From contig CP066698.1 of NCBI GenBank assembly GCA_016432645.1, positions 453,062 to 517,061 of the forward strand: a stretch of 64,000 nt of DNA. The letters run 5' to 3'. The position numbers and the translations under genes were made by a program. The notes beneath the pieces were generated by a model. The model was given only the letters and a program-made list of their open reading frames with translations, made no database searches and was not told the origin of the DNA. Below, piece by piece: positions 31,592 through 41,419 of the stretch (positions are counted from its first letter, which is position 1; each line of letters starts with the position of its first letter). This stretch comes from Candidatus Falkowbacteria bacterium (GTDB lineage: Bacteria > Patescibacteriota > Patescibacteriia > Patescibacteriales > UBA12465).

Positions 31592-32167
31592 TTAACGATA
31601 AAAACGCGAACTAACGGTCGTTTGAATATCCATTTCTGATTTATAGCGGTCTTCCCCGGCGGCCCAAGCCTTAATATTAACCGTGACGGCAACTTGTCCG
31701 GTGCCATCAACCGCAAATTCCAAAGTATCAATTAAAATTTTGGCCGGCGAAATAAAACCGGAACTTAAGTTCCCCGGAGTGTTGCGTTCAATTTTAAAGC
31801 GCTGTTTGCCATTATCATCTTCCAGATAATAATAAACGCACTCGTCATAATAATTTCTGAATTGCAAAACCCCGCCCAAAGAATTGCTGGTCAGTAAAAA
31901 TATGTTACCGGCCGGAATATCCGGACAGACATTCTCATTCTTCTTCGCCATGCGCATCTCTTTGCCGATAACTTCAAAAAAATATTTCAAACTTTCTTGT
32001 ACGTTTTGGCTGGCAATCGCATCGCGCTGCCCCTGAATGACCAGGCGAAAAATTTCCGTGGCCGACAAAATAATTGTCACGAACAAAGCAACGGAAACCA
32101 AAACCTCAACCAAGGAAAAGCCCGATTTTTCAGAACTATTTTTAGTTTTATCATTAGCGCCAATCAT
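31592..32167 (-). CDS. PilW/PulJ-like minor pilin
   Basis: KSG/FSLVEVLV prepilin motif; IGKEMRMA. Confidence 0.85.
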   Translation of the reverse strand: MIGANDKTKNSSEKSGFSLVEVLVSVALFVTIILSATEIFRLVIQGQRDAIASQNVQESLKYFFEVIGKEMRMAKKNENVCPDIPAGNIFLLTSNSLGGVLQFRNYYDECVYYYLEDDNGKQRFKIERNTPGNLSSGFISPAKILIDTLEFAVDGTGQVAVTVNIKAWAAGEDRYKSEMDIQTTVSSRFYR

Positions 32168-32651
32168 AAAAAAGAGTCTCTAAATCATAATTAAAAACCT
32201 TATCGCGGTCATACCAGACAACATGCGCATACACTCGCATCGAACCGCCATCAATTGGAATAATTTCAATCGTCCGCTTAAAAGGCGTTAATGACGTTAC
32301 GCCGCCATGAATATAAAAACCGTTGTTATCCAAATATAATTCACTGTCAGTATCATGCGTAATTAGAGTCGGGGTTTCATCCAGGTAATCCATAAAATAA
32401 GAACCGGCGCCTAAATTCAAATTCCAAGCATCGCCGTTTCGCCAGTTAGTATCCCGCGTTTTTCGAATAAGCTCCAATCCTTCTTGAGCGAGCTGGTAAG
32501 CGGCAATCGTCCGTTTATTAATATTTTGGCTTTGAATATTTTGCACAATCAAAGATAAGACGCCGATGAGCCCCAAGGAAATAACAAACAAAACCGCCAA
32601 TACTTCCACTAACGTAAATCCGGATTTATTTTTTAGGAATTTTAATTTCAT
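32154..32651 (-). CDS. PilV/PulI-like minor pilin
   Basis: KSG/FTLVEVL; AYQLAQEGLELIR. Confidence 0.85.
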   Translation of the reverse strand: MKLKFLKNKSGFTLVEVLAVLFVISLGLIGVLSLIVQNIQSQNINKRTIAAYQLAQEGLELIRKTRDTNWRNGDAWNLNLGAGSYFMDYLDETPTLITHDTDSELYLDNNGFYIHGGVTSLTPFKRTIEIIPIDGGSMRVYAHVVWYDRDKVFNYDLETLFYDWR

Positions 32652-32652
32652 A

Positions 32653-33246
32653 TTAATTGATTACTTCGGCCAACCCTAAAAAATTAACTTTAATTGTTTT
32701 AATTGTATTGCCGCGCAATTCTTTAATATCAATTTCTAAAGCCGTAGAAGTCGCCCCGGAAGAATAAATATTGGTACGCGGATCAGGCGGCAAAAAAGTA
32801 ACGCTCGCCGATTCAACCGGATTAGTATTAGAGCCGGAATAAATGCGCAAGGCGCTAATTTCTGTTTGTGCCGACAAAGGCACGATGCGCGCGCCTTGAT
32901 TCGGATCGCCTTCATCGGAACTATAATCACGGTAACCACTTTCTCCTGGAGCATTTAAATCGGCAAACAAAATATACTGATTTTTATTAGTTAAATCAAA
33001 ATGAACACCCCAGCCGCCCGCCGGAACTTCGGTGCCATATTTTAATAAGCCCAAAGAATTATTTTGCGCTTGATGAATATCGGAAACCAGCGCCTGCGAC
33101 GACATCACAATATCCGTGCGCTTATTGGTCGTATTATAATTGGTCACAAAAATAGCGGTAATAAAAGCAATTATGGAGACCGAAACAATCATCTCCACAA
33201 AAGTCAGGCCCGGCCGAAATAATTTTAGTTGTCGCTTATTTTTCAT
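32653..33246 (-). CDS. FimT/PulH-like minor pilin (start MKNKRQ)
   Basis: PG/LTFVEMIV prepilin motif; LVSDIHQAQ; GWGVHF. Confidence 0.8.
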   Translation of the reverse strand: MKNKRQLKLFRPGLTFVEMIVSVSIIAFITAIFVTNYNTTNKRTDIVMSSQALVSDIHQAQNNSLGLLKYGTEVPAGGWGVHFDLTNKNQYILFADLNAPGESGYRDYSSDEGDPNQGARIVPLSAQTEISALRIYSGSNTNPVESASVTFLPPDPRTNIYSSGATSTALEIDIKELRGNTIKTIKVNFLGLAEVIN

Positions 33247-33253
33247 GATATTT

Positions 33254-34696
33254 TTATTGAGCTTTAATTTCATGCCAAATCGGCAAATCATAATTTACCC
33301 TAAATTCCGGCGAAGAGCTGCTACAAACATAACCTTCCGCATCGGTGACCGACAAAGTCACCCGCGTATTGGTCGCCGTAAAGAAATTAATTCCAGTAAC
33401 CGCACTGGTCGTGGCATAAATAGTTGCATCGGCATCAGTCGTCGTCCAGAAATAAGAACAGCGTCCCGGCTCACAGCTAACCGGCAACTGGGGGTTAGCG
33501 GTAAGATAAGCGTAAGAATCGCTGGTAAAAGTAGTCGTGGTTCCGGTCATTACCTCCAGCGGTGCCCAGGAAAAGAAAGGATTAGGAAACTCGTGTTTAA
33601 AAGTTTGAAAAGTCATGGCATTGCCATCCAAATTCTGGTCGGTATCGGCGATGCTATTGCTGACATATTGATACCATTCCGTCGGATTATTTTCTTCATC
33701 ATAGGCTCTAATCCACCAATAATAAGCGGTTCCATATTGCAAACGATTACCGCAATAAGGATTAGAATTAGAAATAATATATTGAGTCGCCGAAGGATTG
33801 TTAACCTTCTCCGACCAACAAACAAAAGCGCCGCTCGTCGTGCTCATTACATTACTGTCATTAACAATCACCTCATAAGCAGTCTGGGTGCCGCTCAATT
33901 TTCCCCAACGCAAAACCGCTTGCAGAGCATTGCCCGTACAAGCACTGGAATAAGACCAGTTTGGCGCCGACAAGCGTCCGAGGCGTAAATTTTTAACATA
34001 AACTTTGTATTGTCTGGTATCACAAGTTCCAAGTCCGGGATAGTCTTCACTTTCGCAGTTAAAGCTGATGTCGTTAAAAGAACCGGCTGAAGCTGTGCCG
34101 ACAAAATCGCCGGAAGAAACGCTATATCCCGGAAGCACCGGATCTAAATCATTAGACTGCAGTTTTACCGGAACGCTGGAAGTGGAATTAAGCTTTATCC
34201 AATCACCGTTATATTCTATGCGCGCATAGCCATAAACCGATTGGTCGCTTTCATCATAGCAAGCAATACAATTAGTACCCGTGCTGCAAGTTGGACAATG
34301 GGCCGCGGCAAAATCATAATCCGGCGGCGCGTTGACGCCGTCATATTCAAAACTAATATAGCCCATCGAGGGATTCCAGGCCTTGCCTAAAAAAATATTA
34401 CTAGTATTGATTTCCACGCCGTGGACAAATTTATCACAAGGCTCGGCATAAAAATGAAAAAGCAATGCCGCTGGGGCGACGTACCTAGTGCCACCGTTTA
34501 AATTGGCGACTTCATCAAAACGATTACCAATCACGTCGTCTGTGCAGCTAAAATAAATATAGCCCTTATTGCCCCAATAAGCTTGGCCGCGAACAACGGA
34601 ATTAGCGGCCTGTGCCGAATCAGCCAGCATTAAAAATCCGGAAAATACAAAAAAACCGACTAGTAAAAAAATTAATTTTCTGGCTCTTTCAAACAT
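33254..34696 (-). CDS. Secreted Cys-containing hypothetical protein with C-terminal Ig/PKD-like strands
   Basis: Signal peptide; GxA(Y)W...GYIxF repeats; VTLSVTDAEG; co-oriented with the minor pilins. Confidence 0.75.
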   Translation of the reverse strand: MFERARKLIFLLVGFFVFSGFLMLADSAQAANSVVRGQAYWGNKGYIYFSCTDDVIGNRFDEVANLNGGTRYVAPAALLFHFYAEPCDKFVHGVEINTSNIFLGKAWNPSMGYISFEYDGVNAPPDYDFAAAHCPTCSTGTNCIACYDESDQSVYGYARIEYNGDWIKLNSTSSVPVKLQSNDLDPVLPGYSVSSGDFVGTASAGSFNDISFNCESEDYPGLGTCDTRQYKVYVKNLRLGRLSAPNWSYSSACTGNALQAVLRWGKLSGTQTAYEVIVNDSNVMSTTSGAFVCWSEKVNNPSATQYIISNSNPYCGNRLQYGTAYYWWIRAYDEENNPTEWYQYVSNSIADTDQNLDGNAMTFQTFKHEFPNPFFSWAPLEVMTGTTTTFTSDSYAYLTANPQLPVSCEPGRCSYFWTTTDADATIYATTSAVTGINFFTATNTRVTLSVTDAEGYVCSSSSPEFRVNYDLPIWHEIKAQ

Positions 34697-34736
34697 ATTT
34701 TAATCAGCGCGGCCTTACCAGTCCGCCTTGATTTAA

Positions 34737-35189
34737 TTATACCACTTTTTTTTGAAAAAATCCGCTTAAAAACTTGCTTCCCAAAATTATCATCGCTTGA
34801 CGGCCTTTCTCGGTTTTATCGTCGTAACCTAACAGATGTAGCAGTCCGTGAACCAATAAAAAATAGAAAATATAGCTGGATGTTTTTTTGTCGCCGAACA
34901 TTTCCTGATATTTAAAAGTGCGCGCTGCTTCCTGAATATTAATAAATATCTCTCCTAAAAATTCTGGGGAATTTTTAATGGTCAGCTTGTCCGGCGAAAA
35001 AGATAAAACATCTGTTGTTTTATCAACCCCCCGGAACTGATAATTTAAGCTCTGCATTTTTTTATCACCGATAATAACCAGCGATACTTCCAAGGCTTCT
35101 TTTTTATAAAAACGCAGAACATAATCCGCGAGTGCTTGGGCGGTCTTTTGATTTATTTTTTGCTTGGTTTTATTGGCAATTTCTAACAT
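34737..35189 (-). CDS. ybeY: rRNA maturation endoribonuclease YbeY
   Basis: LNYQFRGVDKTTDVLSF; LGEIFI; HGLLHLLGYD. Confidence 0.95.
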   Translation of the reverse strand: MLEIANKTKQKINQKTAQALADYVLRFYKKEALEVSLVIIGDKKMQSLNYQFRGVDKTTDVLSFSPDKLTIKNSPEFLGEIFINIQEAARTFKYQEMFGDKKTSSYIFYFLLVHGLLHLLGYDDKTEKGRQAMIILGSKFLSGFFQKKVV

Positions 35190-35193
35190 ATAG

Positions 35194-36201
35194 TTATTTT
35201 AAAACTCGCTTTATTTTTTTTAATCCTTGATATAACTTATAAACTCCCGCTTGCAAAACAATATCAAACACTCCGAAGTATTCTCGTATTTCCCCGCCGA
35301 AGCCCAGCTTAAAGCGCGTGACCCCCGGCCATTTTTTCTCATTCACACCATAAAAATCATATATTTCCGCACCGGCCGTCTGGGTATGCTTGATTATTTC
35401 CCATTGCAGCAGATACGGGGCCATAACATTCCGATATTCATTATCGCTGGCGCCGTGCAGATAAGTTGCCTGCGAACCGAAGCGGCAGATTAAAGCAGTG
35501 GCAATTTTTCGGCCTTCATATTCAGCAAAAAATAATTGAATAAAATCAGAAGGAGTCTTTAATAAATTTTGATAATGTTTTTGCCCGTGAATTCGGAAGC
35601 CATCGCGCTCACCAGTCAAACTCATTAAGCGCCAAAAATCAGAAAAATCGGCAGCGCTTCCCGAGATAATCCGCACGCCTTTTTTTTCGGCAAGACGGAT
35701 ATTATAACGGGTTTTCTGATGCATAGCCGCCAATAAATTTTCCGGAGAATTTTTTAAATCCAAAATTAAAGTTTTTTGGGGCTGGATATCGGACGCTGCT
35801 TTATAACTAACTGACAGTTGAGCGAGCTGTTTAACCTGTAAAATATTTTGCGCCGGTTCAATTTTGAGAAAAACCGATTTTGGGTAATCAGCCTTCAATT
35901 TAGAAACAACAGCCGCCGTAATTTTCGCGGCCTCCTCCGCCTCGATTCCTGCCTCAAAAATCGGCCCGCGCGGCACGTACCAATAAAAAAATCCCGCCGG
36001 AAGATTTTCCTTTATTAAACAAAAAAGCGCATTTATTTTTTTATGGTCATCGACAGCAGCTAAGACTAGAGCTACCTTCCCTTCGCGTTCCATCGCTTCA
36101 GCCCATTGCGGACTTGCCAAAAACTCCAAACCTGAAATGCCGGGATTGCGATACAAGAAATCTTGCCATTTATTTTTGTCTTTCAATCTAATTATTTCCA
36201 T
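35194..36201 (-). CDS. FemABX-family peptidoglycan peptidyltransferase
   Basis: YVPRGP, KTRYNIRLAEKKGV, YLHGAS, PYLLQW, YDFYG, GVTRFKLGFGG. Confidence 0.9.
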   Translation of the reverse strand: MEIIRLKDKNKWQDFLYRNPGISGLEFLASPQWAEAMEREGKVALVLAAVDDHKKINALFCLIKENLPAGFFYWYVPRGPIFEAGIEAEEAAKITAAVVSKLKADYPKSVFLKIEPAQNILQVKQLAQLSVSYKAASDIQPQKTLILDLKNSPENLLAAMHQKTRYNIRLAEKKGVRIISGSAADFSDFWRLMSLTGERDGFRIHGQKHYQNLLKTPSDFIQLFFAEYEGRKIATALICRFGSQATYLHGASDNEYRNVMAPYLLQWEIIKHTQTAGAEIYDFYGVNEKKWPGVTRFKLGFGGEIREYFGVFDIVLQAGVYKLYQGLKKIKRVLK

Positions 36202-36223
36202 AGAAAAAGTATAGCATAAACAT

Positions 36224-36252
36224 AAAAAGAGGCTAGTTTTACTAGCCTCTTT
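36224..36252 (-). terminator. Terminator after pilin 2
   Basis: AAAGAGGCTAGT-ttt-ACTAGCCTCTTT. Confidence 0.8.
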
Positions 36253-36288
36253 GATAGATATAAATTGTGGAGATAAAAACAGGAATGA

Positions 36289-36756
36289 TTAAAGCTTAAT
36301 ACCAGCCGGAGAAGCGGTCTGCAAAGCATTGCCCGGAACGGTATTGATGGTTGCGCCTAAACAATAATTAATTGTATAGGAACCGCCGGTGCCGCTGGTT
36401 GTTTGCTTGGCGTAAGTATATTTTGGCTGAACCGAAGGACAAGAACCGCCATCAACTGGAGACGGAGGAGTTGGGACTGAGGCTAAATAAACATTGCCAG
36501 CAGTGGAAGTGATGGCGTCCCCTGGATCGACTAAAGTTGCCACCGGGTACTGCCCTTCTTCGTTATAGTATAACTCCAGGGCTGTTTGAATTTGTTTGAC
36601 ATCGGAAATACGTTTGGCGTCGCGCGCTCTGGCTCTGGCTTGGTTAAGAGCGAGAACAGACATTGTGGATAATAAGCCGATAATCGCGATAACGACTAAC
36701 AATTCGATGAGCGTAAATCCTTTTTTATTTTGTTGATAGTTAGGAGTTTTCCACAT
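36289..36756 (-). CDS. Type IV major pilin / pseudopilin, copy 2
   Basis: KKG/FTLIELLVVIAIIGLLS; ARDAKRISDVKQIQTALELYY; Cys pair. Confidence 0.92.
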   Translation of the reverse strand: MWKTPNYQQNKKGFTLIELLVVIAIIGLLSTMSVLALNQARARARDAKRISDVKQIQTALELYYNEEGQYPVATLVDPGDAITSTAGNVYLASVPTPPSPVDGGSCPSVQPKYTYAKQTTSGTGGSYTINYCLGATINTVPGNALQTASPAGIKL

Positions 36757-36822
36757 AGTGATTTAAAAAATTAATTTATGTTTTTATTATATCACAAAAA
36801 AATAAAAAATAATTAATAATAC

Positions 36823-36850
36823 AAAAAGAGGCTAGTAAAACTAGCCTCTT
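36823..36850 (-). terminator. Terminator after pilin 1
   Basis: AAGAGGCTAGT-aaa-ACTAGCCTCTT, same stem as at 36226. Confidence 0.8.
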
Positions 36851-36891
36851 ATATAAGAGAGAGAGATTTTTTAATTAAAGACGAAAAATGC

Positions 36892-37335
36892 TTACAGCTT
36901 AATGCCGGCCGGAGTGGCAGTCTGCAAAGCATTACCCGGAACGGTATTGATGGTTGCTCCTAAACAATAATTAATCGTATAGGAACCACCAGTGCCGCTG
37001 GTTGTTTGCTTGGCGTAAGTATAAGCTGGTTGAGTCGCAGGACAAGAACCACCATCAATTGGAGACGGAGGAGTTGGCACGGCTGCTAAATAAACATTGC
37101 CGGCTGTTGATTGGATAGTGCCGCCGGTAGTAACGGAAGCCGGGTAAGAGCCTTCTTCGTTATAATATAACTCCAAGGCTGTTTGGATTTGCTTGACATC
37201 AGAAATACGTTTGGCGTCGCGCGCTCTGGCTCTAGCTTGGTTAAGAGCGAGAACAGACATTGTGGATAATAAGCCGATAATCGCGATAACGACTAACAAT
37301 TCGATGAGCGTAAATCCTTTTTTATTTTGTTGCAT
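36892..37335 (-). CDS. Type IV major pilin / pseudopilin, copy 1
   Basis: Same prepilin N-terminus; GAGAGG RBS and its own promoter upstream. Confidence 0.92.
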   Translation of the reverse strand: MQQNKKGFTLIELLVVIAIIGLLSTMSVLALNQARARARDAKRISDVKQIQTALELYYNEEGSYPASVTTGGTIQSTAGNVYLAAVPTPPSPIDGGSCPATQPAYTYAKQTTSGTGGSYTINYCLGATINTVPGNALQTATPAGIKL

Positions 37336-37415
37336 AATAAACCTCTCTTTAAAGGCTGATCGCCATCTTAATAAAAATTAACATGAGCGATATTTAAATT
37401 ATTTTATATAATCAA

Positions 37416-37444
37416 ATTATAGCATTAATTAAAAAACGGGGCAA
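37416..37444 (-). promoter_or_regulatory. sigma70-type promoter of pilin 1
   Basis: Minus strand TTGCCC-17 nt-TATAAT with extended TG. Confidence 0.6.
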
Positions 37445-37479
37445 TAGTTTTTGCGAGCATTTGAAAAATCCGATTCTTT

Positions 37480-38685
37480 TTAAAACTGGCTGGCCATATT
37501 ATACATCGGCATGATAACCGCCGCCACCATGATTCCGACGCCGACACCCATGATTACCATAATAATCGGTTCCATTAATTTGCTTAAGTTATCAAGCATA
37601 TTAGCGGTATCACGCGAATAAAAGGTGGTGATTCTATCTAATACGGAATCCAGCTTCCCTGTTCTTTCACCGACCGCAATCATCTGCGGCACCATTTTAG
37701 GAATATAGGAACTATTCTCCATGACCATGGATACCGGATTACCATCGTTAATGGCATTTAAAGTTTCAATAATAAGTTCACGATAAATAATATTACCGAT
37801 AACATCGGCGGTGATTTCCAAACTCTTAGTAATCGTGACGCCGCCTTTAAGTAAGGTCGATAAGGAACGGGTAAAACGCATCAAATAAATATATTTGAAT
37901 AATTTACCAAAAATCGGCATTCTTAATTTAACTACATCCATCTGGCGTTTGCCAAAATAAGTTTTCAAATAAAAATGCATCGCCACCCAAATCGCCGCGA
38001 TAATCAAGCCAACAAGCCATAAATAATTTTTAAAGAAATTGGAGGCACCGATAACCACGCGCGTGGAGAATGGCAAAACCGCGTTAGTCTCGGTTAAGAT
38101 GGCGGTTAAATTCGGAATAACATAAATCATCAAGACGATGCCGACGCCGATTAAACCGGCAGTAACAAAAACCGGATAAATCATCGCACCCTTAATCTTG
38201 GCGACCATATCATAATTCTGCTCCATTTCATCCGCCAAATAATTTAAAACTTCATCTAATTTACCAGAGGTTTCACCGGACCGGACAATGTTGATAAAAA
38301 ACTCCGAGAAAATTTTCGGACGCTTGCTGAAAGCTTCCGACAAAAATGAACCGCTATCAACCTCAAATCCGATTTCCGAAATTAAATTTTTCAAGCTGAT
38401 ATTTTCCGTCTGGTCTACCAAAATTACCAAAGATTCAACCACTGGCACATTAGCGCTAATCATTACCGAAAACTGGCGCGTAAAAATTGCCAAATCCTTA
38501 ACCTTAATCGGGGCAATCATCATCAAAAACCGCATGTCTAAAGTATGGGTAATGTTAACCAAAGAAATCGGGGTTAAATCCTTTTTCTTTAATCTGGCGG
38601 AAGCATCCGCCTCGCTTAAGCCGACAACTTGCCCGTTTTTTTTGCGACCACTTTTATCGGCGGCCTTATATCTAAAAATTGCCAT
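37480..38685 (-). CDS. pilC: Type IV pilus platform protein PilC/GspF
   Basis: FTRQFSVMI, GETSGKLDEVL, AMIYP, VGERTGKLD, LMEP. Confidence 0.95.
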   Translation of the reverse strand: MAIFRYKAADKSGRKKNGQVVGLSEADASARLKKKDLTPISLVNITHTLDMRFLMMIAPIKVKDLAIFTRQFSVMISANVPVVESLVILVDQTENISLKNLISEIGFEVDSGSFLSEAFSKRPKIFSEFFINIVRSGETSGKLDEVLNYLADEMEQNYDMVAKIKGAMIYPVFVTAGLIGVGIVLMIYVIPNLTAILTETNAVLPFSTRVVIGASNFFKNYLWLVGLIIAAIWVAMHFYLKTYFGKRQMDVVKLRMPIFGKLFKYIYLMRFTRSLSTLLKGGVTITKSLEITADVIGNIIYRELIIETLNAINDGNPVSMVMENSSYIPKMVPQMIAVGERTGKLDSVLDRITTFYSRDTANMLDNLSKLMEPIIMVIMGVGVGIMVAAVIMPMYNMASQF

Positions 38686-38696
38686 AGTTATTTCAA

Positions 38697-40466
38697 TTAG
38701 CTTTCAATAACTCTTAGAATTTCCTCCATAGTGGTAACCCCCTGCAAAACTTTCATTACCCCGTCCTGCTTAATGGAAACAAAATCTTCCGTTTTTTTAA
38801 CTGTTCCAATGTTCAATTCTCCTTCGCCGCTATTAATTATCTCCTTTAAGTCATCATTAATTTCAATTACTTCAGCCACGGAAACACGGCTAGAATACCC
38901 TGTATTTTCACAGCGCTGGCAGCCGACCGCTTCATATAGCTTATAACGCGAAAAAATTTCTTCTAAATTAGTGAAATCTGGGAGCTCTGTCCGGATAACC
39001 GTTTCTGGAATATCCTTCAACTCATTAATTATATCCTGTTTGGCGTCTGGAGACAATTCAGTTTCTTTTTTACAATGATCGCACAGGCGGCGAGCTAAAC
39101 GTTGGGCAACTACGGTTCTTAAAGTAGAAGCCATCAAAAAGCGCTCAATTTTCATATCCAATAAACGAAAAACCGCGCCGATGGCATCGTTGGTATGCAA
39201 AGTGGAGAGCACCAAGTGCCCGGTTAAAGAAGCGTTAATCGATAATTCAGCCGTCTCTTCATCACGAATTTCTCCAACCATGATAATATTCGGGTCTTGG
39301 CGCAATAAAGAGCGCAAGCCGTTAGCAAAGGAGAAGCCGATACGCGGCCGAACCTGCGACTGATTAATCCCTTTGATTTCATATTCAATCGGGTCTTCAA
39401 GCGTTGAGATATTTACCCCTTCTTGGTTCAAAATATTAAGCAAAGAATAAAGAGTTGTGGTTTTACCGCTGCCGGTCGGCCCGGTAACTAAAACGATACC
39501 GCTGGTTTTCTGGATTCCCTCTCGCATGCGCTTTAAAGACAGTTGATTAAAGCCTAAGCTTTCCAAGCTTTGGATGGCGCGTACGGTATCTAAAATTCTC
39601 ATTACCACTTTTTCACTGCTGGCCAGCGGAAGCGTGGAAACACGAAAATCGATTTCCCGATTATTAATAACCAAGCGGATGCGGCCGTCTTGCGGAATTC
39701 TAGTTTCATCCAATTTTAATTTTGCCAAAACTTTAATACGCGCGATAACCGCGTTATGAATACTCTTCGGCAAAGTCAAAGAGGTGTGTAAAATACCGTC
39801 AATGCGATAACGGACTCGGCTTTCTTTAGCAAACGGTTCAATATGAATATCGGAAGCGCGCGCTTCAACGGCATGGCGGATAATAACCGAAACGATACGG
39901 GAAACCGGAGCACTATTAATATCATCCTGGGTTAAATCATTTGATTCAGAAGCGACTTCCAATAGCTCTTCTCCCTCCTCTTTGGCCTTAACTTCCAAGG
40001 CGGAAGATATTTCCTGTTCAATCTTTTGATATTGCTTAAAGGCTTTCTGCCAGCTGGAGGCGGAGATTAAAAAATATTCAACTTTTAAATTTTCCTCAGC
40101 GGCCAAAAAGTTAACCGCTTCCATCGCTTTCAAATTAGGCTCTACTAAACCGATTTTTATATTGCGGTTTTCTTTACCAAAACAAATAATCTGATAAGTC
40201 CGGGAAATATCTTCCGGCAAAAAATTAAGAATTGCTTCCGGCACGTCATTATCGGCTAAATTATAATAATTTAAACCAAAAAATTCCGCTTTGGCCTCCG
40301 TCAGTTTTTCTTCATCAACGATTTTCTGCTCCACTAAAAAAACGGACAGATTCTTCCCTTTATCCAAGGCCTCTGTCTTTAACTTCGCAGCCGTTTCGGT
40401 GCTTATTATCCCTTTAGCGAGGAGGAGATTTATTAATTTAGGATCATTATTAGCTAGCATGAACAA
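38697..40466 (-). CDS. pilB: Type IV pilus extension ATPase PilB/GspE
   Basis: ASDIHIEP, GPTGSGKTTT, TLEDPIEY, LRQDPNIIMVGEIRD, GHLVLSTLHTN, Cys4 Zn motif. Confidence 0.96.
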   Translation of the reverse strand: MFMLANNDPKLINLLLAKGIISTETAAKLKTEALDKGKNLSVFLVEQKIVDEEKLTEAKAEFFGLNYYNLADNDVPEAILNFLPEDISRTYQIICFGKENRNIKIGLVEPNLKAMEAVNFLAAEENLKVEYFLISASSWQKAFKQYQKIEQEISSALEVKAKEEGEELLEVASESNDLTQDDINSAPVSRIVSVIIRHAVEARASDIHIEPFAKESRVRYRIDGILHTSLTLPKSIHNAVIARIKVLAKLKLDETRIPQDGRIRLVINNREIDFRVSTLPLASSEKVVMRILDTVRAIQSLESLGFNQLSLKRMREGIQKTSGIVLVTGPTGSGKTTTLYSLLNILNQEGVNISTLEDPIEYEIKGINQSQVRPRIGFSFANGLRSLLRQDPNIIMVGEIRDEETAELSINASLTGHLVLSTLHTNDAIGAVFRLLDMKIERFLMASTLRTVVAQRLARRLCDHCKKETELSPDAKQDIINELKDIPETVIRTELPDFTNLEEIFSRYKLYEAVGCQRCENTGYSSRVSVAEVIEINDDLKEIINSGEGELNIGTVKKTEDFVSIKQDGVMKVLQGVTTMEEILRVIES

Positions 40467-40482
40467 ATATTATTCTAATTTA

Positions 40483-40788
40483 CTAGAAGGGTTTGTTGTT
40501 CCCCTTAACGCAGCGCTTGACTGAATTAACACTCTCGCCGCAAACTTCATCAAAAACAAAAACGTTAACATTATTTTTCAAAGCCGTCATGCGCGGATCT
40601 GCTAAAATCGCAGTGTCCAGCAATTCGCTGGCCGGAGCGCTGCGGCGCACAGTGACGTCAATTGTCGAAATGCCTGTTTGGTTGCGCAAAGCCTCGATAA
40701 AAGGCTGGCGCAAAAATAATAAAGCCGCGCCGGCAAGCGCCAAGGCAATGATTATGACATAAAAAACAACAGCGTGATTATTTTTCAT
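40483..40788 (-). CDS. Small membrane-anchored protein in the pil operon (PilP position)
   Basis: N-terminal TM; located between pilO and pilB. Confidence 0.65.
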   Translation of the reverse strand: MKNNHAVVFYVIIIALALAGAALLFLRQPFIEALRNQTGISTIDVTVRRSAPASELLDTAILADPRMTALKNNVNVFVFDEVCGESVNSVKRCVKGNNKPF

Positions 40789-40791
40789 AAA

Positions 40792-41415
40792 TTATTGCGC
40801 GGGTTTATAATAATAAGTAACGAATTCCAATTGAGCGGAATTCCCGGCTTCGGAAAAACTAACCGATTCAATATCAAATAAACGGGAATTAGCTTCAAAA
40901 GTTTTCAATAAAGTCTTTAGCCCTTGATAATTAATCGCCCCGATAGAAACTGTGACTGTTACTTTGCCGATTTTTTCATTATCGGTCGGTGCGCCAGCGG
41001 CCGGCATCGGATTACCATCGACATCAACAGCATCATCGCTCATAACGCTCATGGTCGTGATGAGAAAGCCGTCCTTCACGACAATTTCCTCCAGTTCGCC
41101 AAATAGCTGCTCTTTAATATAGTTATCAGGCAAAACATTATTGAACTTCTTTAGATCGGCCGGGCTAATATTATCAAACACCTCTTTAACTGTTTTTAAA
41201 TCTCTGAGCTTTTTTTCCTGTTCGGCATATAATTTTTTCTGGCTTTCAATATTTTCTCTAATCGCTGCCTGGGTCAGCTTAAACTTCGGGCCGATGAATA
41301 GGAAATAAGCCAAAGCAAATACCACCAACAAAACCAAAAGCGTGAGCAAATTAAAATATTCGTTTAAAAAAATGTTTAAGGAATTTTTGTCTTGTAAATC
41401 GTTTTTTGTGGTCAC
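40792..41415 (-). CDS. pilO: PilO-like protein (probable GTG start)
   Basis: TM, coiled coil, VLP..., YQGLKTLLKTFEANSRLFDIESV, VTYY; position after pilN. Confidence 0.75.
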   Translation of the reverse strand: MTTKNDLQDKNSLNIFLNEYFNLLTLLVLLVVFALAYFLFIGPKFKLTQAAIRENIESQKKLYAEQEKKLRDLKTVKEVFDNISPADLKKFNNVLPDNYIKEQLFGELEEIVVKDGFLITTMSVMSDDAVDVDGNPMPAAGAPTDNEKIGKVTVTVSIGAINYQGLKTLLKTFEANSRLFDIESVSFSEAGNSAQLEFVTYYYKPAQ

Positions 41416-41419
41416 AGAT

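Noticed and set aside
33140..33988. 282-aa + strand ORF
   Set aside because: Antisense shadow of two well-supported minus-strand genes; Arg-rich with no motif.
36289..37335. Diversity-generating retroelement template/variable repeat pair
   Set aside because: Both copies are intact genes, the differences I checked are not adenine-specific, and there is no reverse transcriptase in the window.
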